The translations under genes and the position numbers were made by a program. From NCBI GenBank assembly GCA_030704615.1, contig CM060731.1:8618001-8682000 (forward strand): a DNA stretch of 64,000 bases, written 5' to 3'. The stretch comes from Takakia lepidozioides. Lineage: Eukaryota; Plantae; Bryophyta. This document shows positions 24,436 to 39,500 of the stretch, piece by piece; position 1 is the stretch's first letter; the number at the start of each line of letters is the position of its first letter. The notes under the pieces are model-generated. The model was not told the origin of the DNA and made no database searches. It was given only the letters and a program-made list of their open reading frames with translations.

Positions 24436-27400
24436 TAATCGTGTATTCACTTCTAATTTTGAATTATCATCCATGATTTGTCGCAATCCTTAATTTGCCT
24501 AAAGGTGAGGTCGAAACTCGAAACATGAGAGGGTTTGCATACATGGTGGGTGTAGCAATAGGCAGTGAGGGCCGAACAACCCTTGACTGGTCAAGGCACT
24601 CAGGGGTGTAGGCACTCGTTGGGACTTCCTCAATTGGAAGCGGTGGGGGCTCTGAGTAAGCTGGTCATAGGATAGGAAGTTGAAGTGGAAGTGGGTACTT
24701 TAACTCACCAAGGGCCTAGGGATTCGAGTAGTAGTTGTGGGGGTGTCTCGGGACTCACCAGGGGCCAATATGCTTGTGGGGGATGGGCCAAGATTCATCG
24801 CTTCTCCTCCTAGGGAATTGAGGTACTTCGTTACCTAGCTAGTACTGTGAAGAGGTTGTTTGCATGTGATACCCCGTCGACACCTACATTAATATATGTA
24901 GGGGGGAGTAGTGACCCGAGAATGGCGAGAGCCTACTGAGTGACCAAAGCTAGTGAACTGCGAGGAATGAAAATTAGTAAAAAATGATATTTTATTAGTT
25001 ATGTTTGGGTGACTGATGAAGGCCAATGGAGCTATGGGTTCAAAGCCTTCATCCCCACATGATATTGCATCCGACAACAGAATAATAAGCAAATTTGGGC
25101 AAAAATTCAGGCCATGCGACGTGGTCCACTTAGGAGGGGTCAGTTAAGAAGAAAGTTGGACACTTTGCAAAAAGACCCCAATTTTTGAGTTTTGCTCTAT
25201 GGTTATGTTGCTCTACAGGTCCCAACATATATGCTATCTATCCTATTGGCAGTCTCGACACCCAATTCCCAGCCCCATTCCATGTAGTTCTACTGTAGGC
25301 CTCTTCTCACTATGTGTCGCACAAAGAACAGATAAAATTGACACATGTCTTCATGAATTTTGAATAAATTGATTTATAATAATAATAATAATAAATTTAA
25401 GATAGACTGATTAAATTCTTCATTACATTTAAAAAAATATAATATGAATCTAAATATTATATAAAGGGGAGTACAAGCCTTGTAAATCATATTAAAAAAA
25501 TTCAATCGGGGAAAATGTTCCTGTGGATGCCTTATAGGCTACAATGAGCAAACAAATAAGCCCACAAGGTTGGAAGAAGCAAAAAGTAAGCCCACACAGG
25601 GGCAACAATGTTCTAGTATTACTAAAATGAAATAATCTATTTACAAGAAACTAGTCCAACACTTCTTACAACTACATTGCCTCGTGTACCAGTAGTTTCA
25701 TACTCCAAATTATGGTGGTTCATAGTTCATACTACATATCTCAACTCTCTATGTATCCTACCATCATTGTGGTATGATAGATGAGCATTACTGATGCATG
25801 CCTCTTTGATGTATAGAGCTACATAATTGGGTGGCCGCACCACATGGTACCCGTCACCCACCACGCCGCCTTGCACAACAACAATAAGTCTTGATCTGAC
25901 ATCCGTTGGAGTTGACATCACGGGCCTTCAGTCAAATATTTTTGTTCGTATGTTTTTTGTGGTTCCTTTTGTTCCATTAGCTTTTGAGTTTCCTTTTTTG
26001 AAAAGCAAGTTCACTTCATTTTTCTTTGTGTAGGTCTCCTCATTGTCTTCCTTTTCTACAGTACCGTAACCGATGTCTATTATGTAATCTCAACATAATC
26101 GTTTGGAACTTTGTGTATGAATCATCATCTTTATGTATATGTGTTGTTTGTTATTGCAGAAAATGTGTTCTAAAGAAAAGCATAGGGGGTCGCATTTGTT
26201 GAACTATGAGGCTACAAACTCCCATTTGTAGGTCAATTTGGCATTACATCACCCAGCTGCCTATCGACATATCTACACATGTAGTGATAAAGTCACATTT
26301 ACACAGTCATATTGGCATCATTCTAGGATTCTTCATCCATACTGGTCGTCATCCATTTGTTCATTCGTACATTCACCCATTACTGGAAATGACCTTAGTA
26401 TGTCTTACGCAATCGTATTCCCTTGGGGGGCCACTCCCTATACTTTTATAATATCACGAGTGAAAAAGGTGTTTATACTTAGTCGAAACAAACTCATCCA
26501 AAGTTTGGGCATTAGTAGCATTCAAGCTTTAGGCATTTTGAACTTTGTCAAAAGTCATAGTAACTAAACTAATGATTGAATCTATGTCTATCCATTTAAT
26601 ATATGTTACATCATACTTGAATTTAGGGTGCCCTCTAGATTTCGAGAAATAATATAAGAGGATCAATACTGTTGTCGTTGGTTTATTATCTATTGCCTGC
26701 AAAAATATCCTCCACCCTAAACTCAAACTCCCTTGTGAACCAAGTGTCATCAATAGTTCAAGAAATCCAAATCTAGCCCACCTGATAAACCAGTAACTAG
26801 ATGACACGTGTCCCAAATCTTTATCAGGACCGTATTGGTAGTTGTAAACAAAAAGAAAAATAGTATATATTCCATACCCTATATTTATTTAAATTCCAAA
26901 ACTACGATATATTGGTACATTTTCTTATTTGTAATTGTTTTCTAAATTTTATCTGCAACGAATATATTGTACCCTATATTTTTTTGCACGTAGTTTCGGA
27001 ATATTTGGAAGTGCTGCCCCCCCCCCCCGAGCGGATTCCGGCACATGTAGTCATGTAGAAAGGGGTGGGTGCATACATGATTTATTTCATTAACATGTGA
27101 ACTCATTTGTCAAAGACTAAATCGTTTCATCCATCAATGTAATCGTACCACGTGTAGTTATGTAGTAATTTTAGTCCTATCAAACAACATATCTCTCATG
27201 GTAGGCCTATTTATTTTTCACTGTTCTTACATAAAACGGAGTCATGTAGTCATATACATTTTCTTTGTAATAGTCGGCAGTTAGTCAATTCAATAGTGCA
27301 ATAATCCAAGATCTTCAAATCGACCCTGGTGAATGGGAGTGGAACTTGGATGGGGCTCGCTCTAAGTTCTTCTCCTACTCAACCAAGAAAACATACATAT

Positions 27401-29831
27401 CTCTCATCAAAGCAACAGGTCTAATTGCAAAATAGAATGATAAATGAAATTTGGAGGGTTTCAATGACCACGCCCCATACTACCTCACCATATTATATGG
27501 GGCCAGGTAATATGACCAGGCCCCATACTACCTCACATAAATTCCATAGCACAGGCTCTACCCCATTGAATCTATAGCCTCTTGTTCAGTTTATCTGGTG
27601 AATTCTTACCCCTCGATCATTTAGACTCGTAGCTTCATGCCTCGTAGTCTAGTGTGTATCTGACCTACGAAACATCTCTAGGTTGTGTCACTCTTGTTGA
27701 CGTCATTGCTCTAAGTCTCCTCACGGAGCCAGACTACACTTGTTTAGCTTAGCTAATCGTATTGCTCTTCGGGATATCCGACACGTTTATCGTGTGACAA
27801 GCCTAATGGCGGCCAAAGGCCAACCAAGTGTTTTAATTTTTTTTCCTTTAATAATCTCAATAAAATTCGACTCCAAGGAAAGAAAAAAGAAAATGTTGCA
27901 GTGTCAATGACAAACAAAAAAACCAACCATGACACTTTTCTTATGTTTAAGATTACAGACTGATTGCCTATTAATTTGTCATATCACACAACATTTTCCA
28001 CTCTCTCTACTTGGTTGATACAAATCATCATGTTTGCTTGACACTGTTGTCCATTCATGTTCTATGCTTGACTACACCTATTAGCAATTGCATCTGCAGA
28101 CCCCTTCCTAACCAAACAAAGTGAGCAAGCCCATTACATAGGCTATGACAACTCAATTAAACTAGAGTGACACCAGGACACTGGACAATTCAAAGGAATT
28201 GTCACACTCTTCACATGTGTTGGTCAATGCTGCGGACAAAGTGGTCCCAATGAAATAAATAGTAATCAATTCCCTTCTTGCGGGTCTTGGTTTGACACTG
28301 GCTTTCTAGGACAGAGTACAAAGTGACACACAACTCGCATATACAGTTGGCCTGCCCCCTATTTTCTATTCTACTACTCGATGTGGAAGCATGGACTCAC
28401 CTCATCCGAAATGAAGCAATCGAAGGGATCTCTTGCAGATACTGTCATCCATCTGTACAAGCTTTCCAGCATAAGCACATCTTGAAATATACTAAGACTC
28501 TCAATGGAAATTGTGAGGAACTTGAAGCCACAAGGCTCAAAACTTGGGAATACGCCAAGGCTGCATTTCCTGATATTGCAAGCCACATGGTTAATCCAAA
28601 AGCCTATGGTATCTGGGATCCTTAAGGAAAGTGGCAAACTATACCTGAAGAGGCTCAAATGGATACCATGCAAATTTTGCCTGCAACTGCTTGAAAAGTC
28701 ATGGAACTTCGTGTTAGGCAGACATGGAAAACAACCAATTCAATAGTGCTGCAGTGTCAATGGCAAACACAACAAACCACCCATCATAATTTCCTCACGT
28801 TTTAGTTTACAGGCTGATTAACTGATAATTTGCCATGAAGCTATGCTCAAAGTTGCATCAATGATCTAGACAATAGAAAGTGTTTTAGATATTATTAGAT
28901 GATGAGCTGCAATTTTATATTAGTTGCAACAATTCATCATCCATGTCACTGCTCCCATCTTGATTGTGCATGCTATCACCATGCTTAATTCAACGCAAGC
29001 ATAACGTTTCCAGTGGTTGAAGGGGATGATGCTTACATTCAAGCAAGCATCATGAAGCATGTAGTACCCAATGTGGAGATGATGTTTGCGTAGCATTGAA
29101 GCCTTCTGCTGAATGCCGACAGTGACAGAGGTGATGTTTGCGTTGATGCACATGCCATCTTTTACTCGAAGTGTCAACTGTTGGACAGTGACAAAGATGA
29201 TGTTTGCATTGATACAAACATGATCCTTGCATTGCTGTATTGTGGACTATGACGAATAATGTCACATTTGTGAGGTTTCCATCCTGTTATTGCATTTGGC
29301 ATGGTCGGCTGAAGTAACATGTGTCAGTATTTGCCTCATTCCTACAAGATTTGCTACTTCATGAATTAGGCTTCATGTATGTATGTGATGTTGATATACA
29401 CAACTCGGTTGAATATTAGAGGGATATATTACTGCATTTGGCCTTGACAACTGAAATAACATTGTTATCGACCGTGACTACATAGTGATAAATGACAGTG
29501 ATCTAACTCATTGCGTACGTGGCACCGAGCCTGCGGTGGGATAGTGATGTAGTTGTGACTATATGACCACAACTACAATATTACATGATGACCATGGTTA
29601 TGAAGAAATCGTGTTTGTAGACTAACCTCTTCCACTTGCGACTGTATGCCTCGAAGGAGACCTTAGGCTTTGTTACCTCAAGATTGTAGTTCAACATAGC
29701 CTTGCCCAACATTGACAACCTTCTTCTCCAATTGCCATAGAGAACACAATCATAAGAGCACTCTCCAAATCCATCCAAGAAAAATCCTGAAAGCAAGATG
29801 GAAAGGGCAAGGGAATAAATGGCTCCAAAGA

Positions 29832-29990
29832 CAGCCAGCATGTAGCCCAATGGTATGGGCACATACCATGTTGGATGTGGTTGTGGGTTCAAACCACGGT
29901 CTGGTGTGTCATGAAGGTGTCCACCTTTCAGCTGCAAGGCAATAGCCCTTGTGGTGAAGAGACACCATATGCTCCCCTGTGGGGGGGGAA
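29832..29990 (+). mobile_element. tRNA-derived SINE-like element (copy 1)
   Basis: A box TAGCCCAATGG and B box GGTTCAAACC. A second copy lies in reverse orientation at 48526-48690. Confidence 0.65.
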
Positions 29991-30089
29991 GTCTATATAT
30001 TTTTTGGCTCCAGAAAGTGGCTCGTGAAGCCATGCGTCCAACATTTGGTCGCTAAAATGCCAAGTAGAAACAAGAAACCTACCAAACCC

Positions 30090-30166
30090 GACAAGGTGGC
30101 AGGATTTGAGCCCAGAGTCACCTGGTTGCCCTCGGTGCTTTATCCAACTGAGCTACCGACAGGTTG
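30090..30166 (-). other. Degenerate tRNA-like sequence (different SINE head or tRNA pseudogene)
   Basis: Reverse strand reads GTAGCTCAGTTGGATAAAGCA (A box) ... GGCTCAAATCC (B-box-like), with no proper cloverleaf. Confidence 0.4.
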
Positions 30167-30582
30167 GAGCTCATGGAAATCGAAGACCTCTCCAGGGGCC
30201 TCTGTCCCCCCTTTTTATTTATTGATAAGAAACATAAAAAAGAAAAAAGAAAAAGAAAAACAGATTCTTCTGGCTCCGCATCAGTCTCTGGCGTTTCAGG
30301 TGCGACTGTGTTTAGGTTTTGAAATCCTGGAGATAAAACTTGAGATTTTGGGGAATCTGGAAGGGAGGGGAGCGGCGATTGAAGGTGCAAGGTGGAATTG
30401 GAGTTGGGAGCAAGCTGCAACCACAGAAATTGAGGCCGTGGTTAGTGAGGAAGAGCGGCAATTAAGGTGGATGTGACGGTGATGGGAGGTGATGGGGGTA
30501 GGGGGAGGGGGGTAGGTGGCATGAATGAGGGAGGGTGAGACAAGGAACGAGTTGGAGAGAGGAATGAGCGGCAATATTCAGG

Positions 30583-33500
30583 ATGTATGGCAGAGTAAGC
30601 ACCCGGAGCGGGAGCGCCGAGCAGTATGTGGTGAAGCTGGATCAGGTTCCCCGTTGGATTGAGCAAGAGCCTCAATCACCATCAGCCGGTGCCAGCCAAG
30701 CGGCCTCCCCTGATCGCGGCTTCGACGACCCCCTCACATCAGGTAGACGAAGCTCTGTTGTAATTGATATTTCGGGTCCAGGGTGCGTTTTGTACACCTT
30801 GCTGCACTTTCTGTCAGCTCCCCATCGTCCCACTGTCTTTTTCCCTGGCGTTGTTAGTCTGCTCAGCTCGGCCGGTTTGCAATATTTACAGTAGTTTAAC
30901 AAATTGATGTCGCAAATACGAAAATACTTTGGAGTTCTTTGGACCTCCCTCGAGGAAGTCATGATTTTTCCGCCCTGCTACTTGAACATGAACATGACAC
31001 GCCGTAGCACACCCTCGTATTCCTGCCTTTTTGACCACTTCGCACGTGCAGGTTGGTCTATTTTTCCGAATATAGTTATGGTGTTGGCATTATAAGACAG
31101 GGTACTGATAGGAGACGTGCTTACCAAGGGCCTCCTTATGCACTCGCTGATGCATCTTATTTAGCTTTTATAATTGTCAATTGCATGTTTCACTTATGGA
31201 AATTGGCGGAGAAGAAGCTCAGTGACTTTGAAGAAGAACCCACTTGATTAGTTACAATTAGCCAACCATTCTCTGTAGAATGCGGTTGACCAAACTCTGC
31301 AATCTTAGCCAACCAATTTTACATATGGCAAGGTGGGCAGCTGGAGGGTTGATTTATTTTTAATTTAATGATGATGACTGGAAGTCAGTGATAATGAGGA
31401 TATACAGATTGTTTAACCACAACTCATGCTAGACCATGTAAGTTAGATAGTTTGCAAGTATGCTAGGTGCTTAGAGTGGGCAGGAATATTTTCAGCAATA
31501 TAAAGCAGTTGACATAAGCTACCAAATGTGGTAATGCTTTTGAGGTACTTGTTTTCTTAACTGTTTACAACTGAAATTTCCAAACAGTTAACTCCTTGCA
31601 GCTACTTGTGGCAAAATGCTGTAGTCCATCCTGTAATAGTGTGAAGTGAGGATCTGGTCTAAGTTAGCCGGTATCGAATGCTTCTGTCACCTTTGGGTGT
31701 CACCCTCAAGTTGAGTAGACAAAGATAAGTGTGGATCTGTACACATGGTGGCAGAGTCTCTTTAACCTCTTCTCCCATGGGTTTTGGGGGTTTATAATTT
31801 CTGCCCTGGCTGTATGTGTTATGGGCTTTCCAGTTTCGCTCAGTGGAAACTGTATTTACATCCATTTGTCCTAAGTGGTTCATCTCTTAAAATGTACGGA
31901 GGTATACAGTGTTAAGTATGTAGGTGTCTGCTAACTGGAATATCTTTGTACCTTGTTCTCATGCCAGCATACTCCAACTTGGCAGCAGACTGCTGGAGAG
32001 GCCGGTGTGAAAACGAGGTGCTGTCTATGGATATCATGATCCTGGTGTGGGCATGTATCTCTAGAACTAGGGTGATAACTCAAACCTCAACTCCAGCATC
32101 CAGTAATCAGTAGCCTTAGAGGCTATGCAGGGGAGGTCAGTGGCAAGTATAAATGTGGAAATGAATGATTTCAGGTAGATTTGGTGTCCCTCGATGGTGG
32201 CCTAAGTTTACTAGCAATAATGTGGTTTATAACAACTGGGGCCTTGATGTGCTGAAGTTTTTGTAAGGTGTGTTTTTTGTGTGGATTGAAGGCTTGACTG
32301 CTGGGATGCCATCATTTTCTGCAGCTATTGCATCATTGGGCTAACATAGCACATGGCTGGCAGGATCTGAAAATGGAGGAACTGGTTTTGGCACGAGTTC
32401 CAAGTTTGCTGTGGACCATGAGGTCAATTCAAAATTGTATTTGTGGCGAGGACCTCCGTGGGCTCTAGAAGTTGATGCTGTTGTCAATTCTTCCAATGAG
32501 GCATGGTCTTTGACTTGTATGCTGTGTATCCCTCTCTGAGGTTCTTTACTGCAAATATGGTACTCTGGTAGCATAATATGCATCGTCTAAAGCCTGTTTC
32601 GAGTAGCAACTCTGACTTTTTTCTTAACATGGAGCTATGGGTTCCTCATGCTGATTGGTTAGCTTCAACAGATTCCTGGACTAGCTGATTTACCCCAATA
32701 GAAAATGCTAATGACTGTGGTCAACCACATTTCAGGCTTTTGGTGGTCATTTTTGTTCATTGGATGTTGAGACTCTATACGTGTTTGTCTCTATTGACCG
32801 ACAGAATCTGGATGAGGGGAGTAGTAGCCCTGGCTTGCATGCAGCGGCTGGACCCGGGCTTGCCGAAGAATGTGCAATGTTGGTAAGTTGATCTTCACTT
32901 TAGTTCACAATCAGATGCGGAGAGCTGTAGAGAAGGGGAGAAGCCAATGGTGAAATTAGGAGCTATATTCTGCAAGCTGTTGTAGGTTTATTGTTTTGAG
33001 TCTACATGCTTACACTCCAAGGCCCTGTATATATGTCTAGTGTCCTGCATAGCTGAGATTCAATGTAGATTCAGATCAACAACTCGGTTGAGGAAACTGA
33101 AGTGCTTGTCATGGCACAGGGTGGGTGCCGAACTGGACTTGCCAAAGTTACCAGTGGTCATGATTTACCAGCAAGGTAAATTACCTCTCACAGAAGGCTA
33201 GATATTTGTTTGACAAGTGCAGTGATCATTTTCTTCTCCTCCTGTTGTAATAGACAGGATTTTTTGCAATTGTTAATTTCAGACCTAGCTACTGGGGCTC
33301 CCTAATTTGGCATGTTGAGTGGATGTCCTACGGAATTTTTGAGAGTTAGTTAGTTGGATAGTTTCCACCAAATTTTATTGTCTATGGTGTTGGTACATAT
33401 AATGGGAGCTGGATCATACAGCCAAGAATTTGGGGGTGTTTTGTAGGCGGGTAATTCATACGGTGGGACCTAGGTATGCAGTTAAGTACCACACAGCCGC

Positions 33501-36500
33501 AGAGAATGCACTCAGCCATTGCTACCGTTCCTGCCTAGAGCCGCTTATCGAGCAAGGCCTCCAGAGGTCAGTTTTCCCACTTGACCCTCCACCACCCTCT
33601 GTCAATAGTGGTAGTCAATACAGGATGGTCCTGCACACAGGGGTCTGCAGACAGACCCCTGAACTCCTTGTTACGTAACTTGTATTTGTTCTTCATCATA
33701 GGACCTTCTTGTGGTTGTGATTCTTTACAAATCCCTCATTTTCAACCAGCATCACCAGCAAAGTATGTATGTGGGTCTGTACAGAGAAGGCTATACATAT
33801 TGGAGCCCTCATTTTGGAGAAATTCTTAGTGTTGTCCGAAGCAAGTGGTTCCACCTCTACAGTTCTTATGCAACACTAACTTTCCACCACCTGTTTCTGA
33901 CTCTGGCAGCATTGCACTGGGGTGCATCTACACCGAAGCCAAAGGCTATCCTCGAGAACCGGCAGCCCATGTAGCTATTCGTACGTGCCATCATTCATGA
34001 ACTCGACCTCTTGAGTATTCAATGTTTCTTAGAGGGGCCACTTCAATCCTAAGGACTGATTGGAACTCATTTTACGGGTGCATGTGGACAATTCTTTCAT
34101 TGCTGAGCAACACGGGAATATAAGCAGCATGCCCATGTGGAAATCAATATACTTTAGGATATGAAAAATACGGTTGATGTACAGAGCAAGTTGTCAACAT
34201 ATAATGGATGAGTGTGCTGCAAATCTGTGTACCAGCTAAAGTGTGTTCCTGTAATCCATGCAACTGATGCTTGTGCCTAGCCTGTGGGTTTCTCATGGTG
34301 GGTATAAACCTCTGTTGTTTTTTTGTGTTTAGTACAAGTATATGAACCCTTCAGAAGTGATATCCACCCAATTGAGATTAGCAAACACGCTGTAATGGCA
34401 ACCCAAGGTGTCTAGTCTCCTGTTAATTAATTAGTAACCTCGAAAAAGTAAGTACCAGGGTTTGTTAATACTAGGATCTCAGTTGTGAAGGCTTTTAGCA
34501 GGGACGGTGCGACGGTTCCTCGAAAAGCACAGGGACAAGGTCACTGCAGTTGTTTTCTGCACTTCCACAACTACAGACACTGAAATCTACAAGAGGTAAA
34601 TCTATGGCAATCAACATGGGCAATGGATTTTGGGGCCTGTGCTGTCCAAGGGGTTTTATACCACAGCAAGTTCATACCAATGTTTGCATGCCATTTTATA
34701 TCGGCCATGTGGTAGAGAATGCTCTGCTTCTAAGGCATGCCGGGTAGCTACATTTATAGGCTGGCTGCAGATATTTCGCAACTCTACACATCTGTTTGTA
34801 TGGTTGACGTAGTGTGGAACATGCACTGTCAAGGGCATTTGCATGGTGAACATCCAACCTTCACTGGTGAAGACCTTGGGTGAGCCTATTTTGACAGGCA
34901 CACAGCCTGCTAATTGCCCAAGGCCTGATCTGCCAATTGTTGTGCACCTAGATGTGGATCCACAACAATTGAGGAGGTCATTTGTCATTCTCGGATGTGC
35001 TTTTTAATGCTCTTATCTGGAGAAGTATTGTGATCTGACATAAAATAGTGTCTGATGTTTTGCTACCAATGTCTCATAGGAAAAATGACAAAGAACACTG
35101 TAATGAGTTGTGTTGTTGCACATGAAATGTGACAGACTCTTACATGACACGCTTTAACTTCAATTATGACGTACTTCTGGGCAATGCCACATGGTGTACT
35201 ATACTGTGTTGTAATTGAGAAAAAGATGCATGCAGGTTGCTCCCTCTTTATTTTCCAAGGGATAAATACGAGGAAGAGGTTGCAAGCATCAAGTTGCCAT
35301 CCGATGTAGGTGATGAGAATGGGGAAACTGTCATATCTGAACGGAAGATCCGAATATCGGCACTACCTGGGACTCCGGCCATTTCTCCCCAGATTACACC
35401 TCCCATCTCAGGAGATGTGACTCCCCTTAACCGCTCCACGACTATGAAGAGGTGGGCCTTTAAACCTTCTAAAGAGGGATTGTTGTGCACCTAGATGCTT
35501 CGGATTTTCATTTGAATCCTTTGACTGTCACTAAGAACATGGATATACGATCGTAACTCTAAGCTATCTCCCCTCTGAGAATAAAGATGGATCGTTCCTG
35601 TATTGCAGGAACGAATCAATCGATTCATTGGTTGATCCGGCTTTCATGGCCATGACACGTGACCCTGACCAGAGACGCAAAGAGCAATGGGAGAAAGCTG
35701 CCCAAGCCCAGGCAGGATGGGCATGGGGCAAATGGGTAGGCTTGGGAGGCGTAGGGGCCCCTGCCCTCTCCGCTGCAGAACAGGACTCGCTTCATGGGCG
35801 GTTTCTGGCGAGGGCAAATGCTGTCAACCTTACAGAAGTTGCGGAGATGAAGATATTGTATGTCTGTTTCTTCCACTGCTGTCTCTTTCTTTCTTTCTCT
35901 CAGTATGTGTGCAATCATCTCTTAATGAGCTGTAAGTTCTGCAGATACCGGGGTGGAGTTGATGCGGACGGTAGGCCTGTGATGGTGATTGTGGGCGCCC
36001 ATTTTCTTCTTCGTTGTCTTGACCTTGAGCGGTTTGTCCTTTATGTTGTTAAGGTTTGTGTCCTTTGTCCCCTTTCTCAAACTCTGCGTTCCTGTCGCTC
36101 TCGTCTGCATGTTGTCCAATCTGATTGGTACAGAAGCACCAAATCTATCTAGCCATTGTTTTCAATTTTATGAGGGAAGGAAATCTGCCCCAAAACTTGG
36201 AGATCCAATTTGCCTGTGTTTTGGCCTCATTTGTGACAGTAGTATTGAAGACTTGCAGTTTTGCAGTCTGGTGATAGGCATTGGAAAGGGGCAAGTCAAT
36301 CCTTGCTCCTCCCCGGGTAACAATAGCACAAAATACATTGGGTTGCAAGGGGTTCAACAGTGGTGTTTACATAACACTTGACCTGACAAGCTAAGTTGCC
36401 TTGATGTCGATACCGACCTAGTGGTGCTTGTTTACTTCAACAGTGTGTGACTTGACCATTAGGAGAACAATCCTTAAAGAATTTTTTTGTCTGATAAGGT

Positions 36501-39500
36501 GTTAGCTGTAACTAACACCTCTAAGATTAAAAAACAAAGTTAGGCATAAATTTCCCTGAACTTGTTTCCAGTTTGTGACATGGGTGAGGACCTTAAGGAT
36601 GATCTGCCCCACCCTTGGCACTAGATTGACATTTAAACTCAGGGTAGGGAGTCTTAACTTTGGACAAAACTTAGATGCAGAGAGGAAAGGGAGATTGTCA
36701 ATATGTGATGTGCAGGCGGCCTGAAGACAATATATACAATTTTGCTTATCAGAGACCCTCCTCAGGACCATCGAGAACATAGTCCCTGTACCTCTGTTCA
36801 CCAACTTCCAAAATCTTGAGGTTGATCCTACAGCCCGGGCCCTGACGGGGTCTAAGTGCTGGGCCCCTTACACACAGCAGATTGATGCTTGTGAAGGGCT
36901 TTGTAGAGGAAATCTGGAAAGCCTGAACCAATCGTTTATACGAAGGTCAGTGACACTCCTGGAGTGAGCCCATCACAAAGTCAGTGTCTGTTCCCTCTAG
37001 GGCGCCAGTTCTATGGCCACAAGGCTAGGCAAACAACAGCCCTTGAGTACGACCTGACACTAAAGTATATACATATACTACATAGAGTAGAATACTAACT
37101 CACTATAGTATGTTCAAGTAAAACATGCAAAAAATAAATAAATAAATAAATAAATAATATATATGTATATATTGTATATCTAATTTTAATTATATACTAA
37201 TTTACTACATTTCAGACTCTAACCTATCTGTTGACTTCTGATGGTTTTGTCAAACATCTTGGAGCTCTCTCCTCAAGTTTGTGGCCTTCACTCATAGCAG
37301 ATATTCCCCACATGCTTGATGTCTTGACCCGTAGCTTTGTCTCCCTTCTCAAGTTGCTCCCACTTCGCCCTTGTAGACGGTTAAACCAGCACTACTTCAT
37401 AGTAGCTCTTCATGTGCCTCGCTTCTCCACTCCCTTGAGTCTCATTAATCTGTAGAGTAGATGCACTTAGCCAATTTACTCCTTCATGCCCAAGTCCACA
37501 TCCATCAGCATTAGACTTTTGGAGATTCAAATGCCCCTAGGTTCATTTACCTATTTTGGGGCCTGACGTAAGTGTTCACGACTGGTGCAGGAATTTGAGC
37601 CCTTAATTCATAAGCCTTACACAATTGTGTATTTCCATTCAGCTGCTTCTCTCCAAGTGTGAGTCTCTGCCATTTTCATATCTAGTTTTGAGGAAGTTGA
37701 TCTGAAAGACCTTGAGCTAGATGCATTCCTATTTGCAGAGGATTTTGCAATGCATACTGATGTCTGCTCCTCGCTTCTCTATTGGTTTGTATGTAGTTGT
37801 GTCTATCATATTCTATCAAAATTTGTCATAACGTCCATCCTGAGTTGGATCCTCAGTTAGATGATTTTCGTAATAGAATGGAGATTTGATGTCATATGAT
37901 GGTTGGACAGTCAACCGGATTTGGGGTGGGTGAAGCGACTCCAACAAATACTGGGCCGCAGGCACAAACATAACTTGCATGTATGTACAGTTCTGGATGA
38001 TTCCTTCGACCTGCCATTGGCTACATATGTCAACAGGAAGTGGATGCATGGACTGTATGTCCTTCAATAATTTGAGCCCTAAAAGTTTCAATTGATCACT
38101 GTACTGCAGTGCTAGTGTATATCGAAGTGGTCATGATTTGATAGTTTTGCAGCCTACCGGATAAGAGTTGTTTGAAAGTCCTGGCTTCTTGGTTCGGTCA
38201 TGGCTGAGAGTGCTGGTACCCTGTACCTCTTATGCCTACTCTGTATGGTGGTCAAAATCCTGTTCAAGGCAAGTCACTACTGGAGTGAGCCCCTCACAAA
38301 GGTAGTGCGTATATCTATGTTTCCGTCCAAACTGGGTGCGGGGTCTATGGCCACAAGGCTACGGCAAACAAAGTCTTATGAGTACATTTTCTGTATGGCG
38401 GTCAAAATCTTATGAGCTACAAGTCCCTCACCACAAAGTAATCTTTTATTCCAAGTCTACATAGAAACATGAACTCAATTAACTTAGTCGGTGTGCATAG
38501 TCCACTGTACCCTCTGGGTCCTTGTGGTTCAAATCAATACTGTCAAGATCATTTCCTGCTCTGTTGCCCATAGTGTTGATTTGCAAGATTTTGATGCACG
38601 GTGCTTATGTCATGAAGGATTGGGTAACTTCCACAGGCAATATATGTTTTGCATCCGACGTTGGGTTTGCGGACTACAGTGCTTGCGCTGCAGTTGTTTG
38701 TGGAGCCTGAGGTGAGAGTCTTCTGAGCTCCTTATTGATATAGACAATGGCGGCGGATAATAATATTATTCTTGTTGGAGTTGTATATGCCATTCAACCA
38801 GATGTTCGTGACCTTTACAGGGTTATAGCACTTAATGTCCTCGTTGTTAGGTTGCTAGTGAGACTAAAAATAGGTAAAGAAAGATTAAGATAAAGAGCTC
38901 GGGTTTGATGGGAAGCCATGACTTGCTTGTTGCTGGAGTGCAGGTATGGAAGAAGGTGATATATGTAGAGAGATTGCTGGAGCTTTTTAGATATGTTCCC
39001 CGTGAGCAGTTGACCATCCCTGACTTCGTGTTTCAGTAAGCTCCATCTTCAGCTCTGCCTGCATGTGTCTATTTGCATGGAGAAAGATGGGCCAAGACTC
39101 ATATTGTTTCTTTTGTCGATTTTGACAGAAGGGGTGAAAGTCTCGTAAGAAAGTTGTCCTGTACGAAAGTCTTACATTTGGGGTTACGACAGAGCTGTAT
39201 TTAACCAGCAGTTGGTTGTCCACCAATCCATCATATTTGCCGTCTGGCCAAAGGCAAAAGGGTCTATTGTGGAGTACTCTAGTGCAGTTGCTGTGCTTCT
39301 GTGGTCTCTAACGTTGTCTTGGTCGGCATTTCTTAGCTTGCCACGGGTTTGATCATGGTACAGGTCATTGAGATTATTTTGGGGACCATCGCTGCTAAAA
39401 ATATCTGGAGAAGTGATATGTACTCATTAGACTTTGCTCGCCGTAGACACTATCTCCATTTTGGATGGAGCAAGAGAGGGGTGAGGTGGGACAAGAGGAG

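Noticed and set aside
25300-29560. Degenerate TE-like coding scraps and a ~90-bp diverged direct repeat (about 27895 and 28748)
   Set aside because: Too decayed to assign a family or boundaries from sequence alone.
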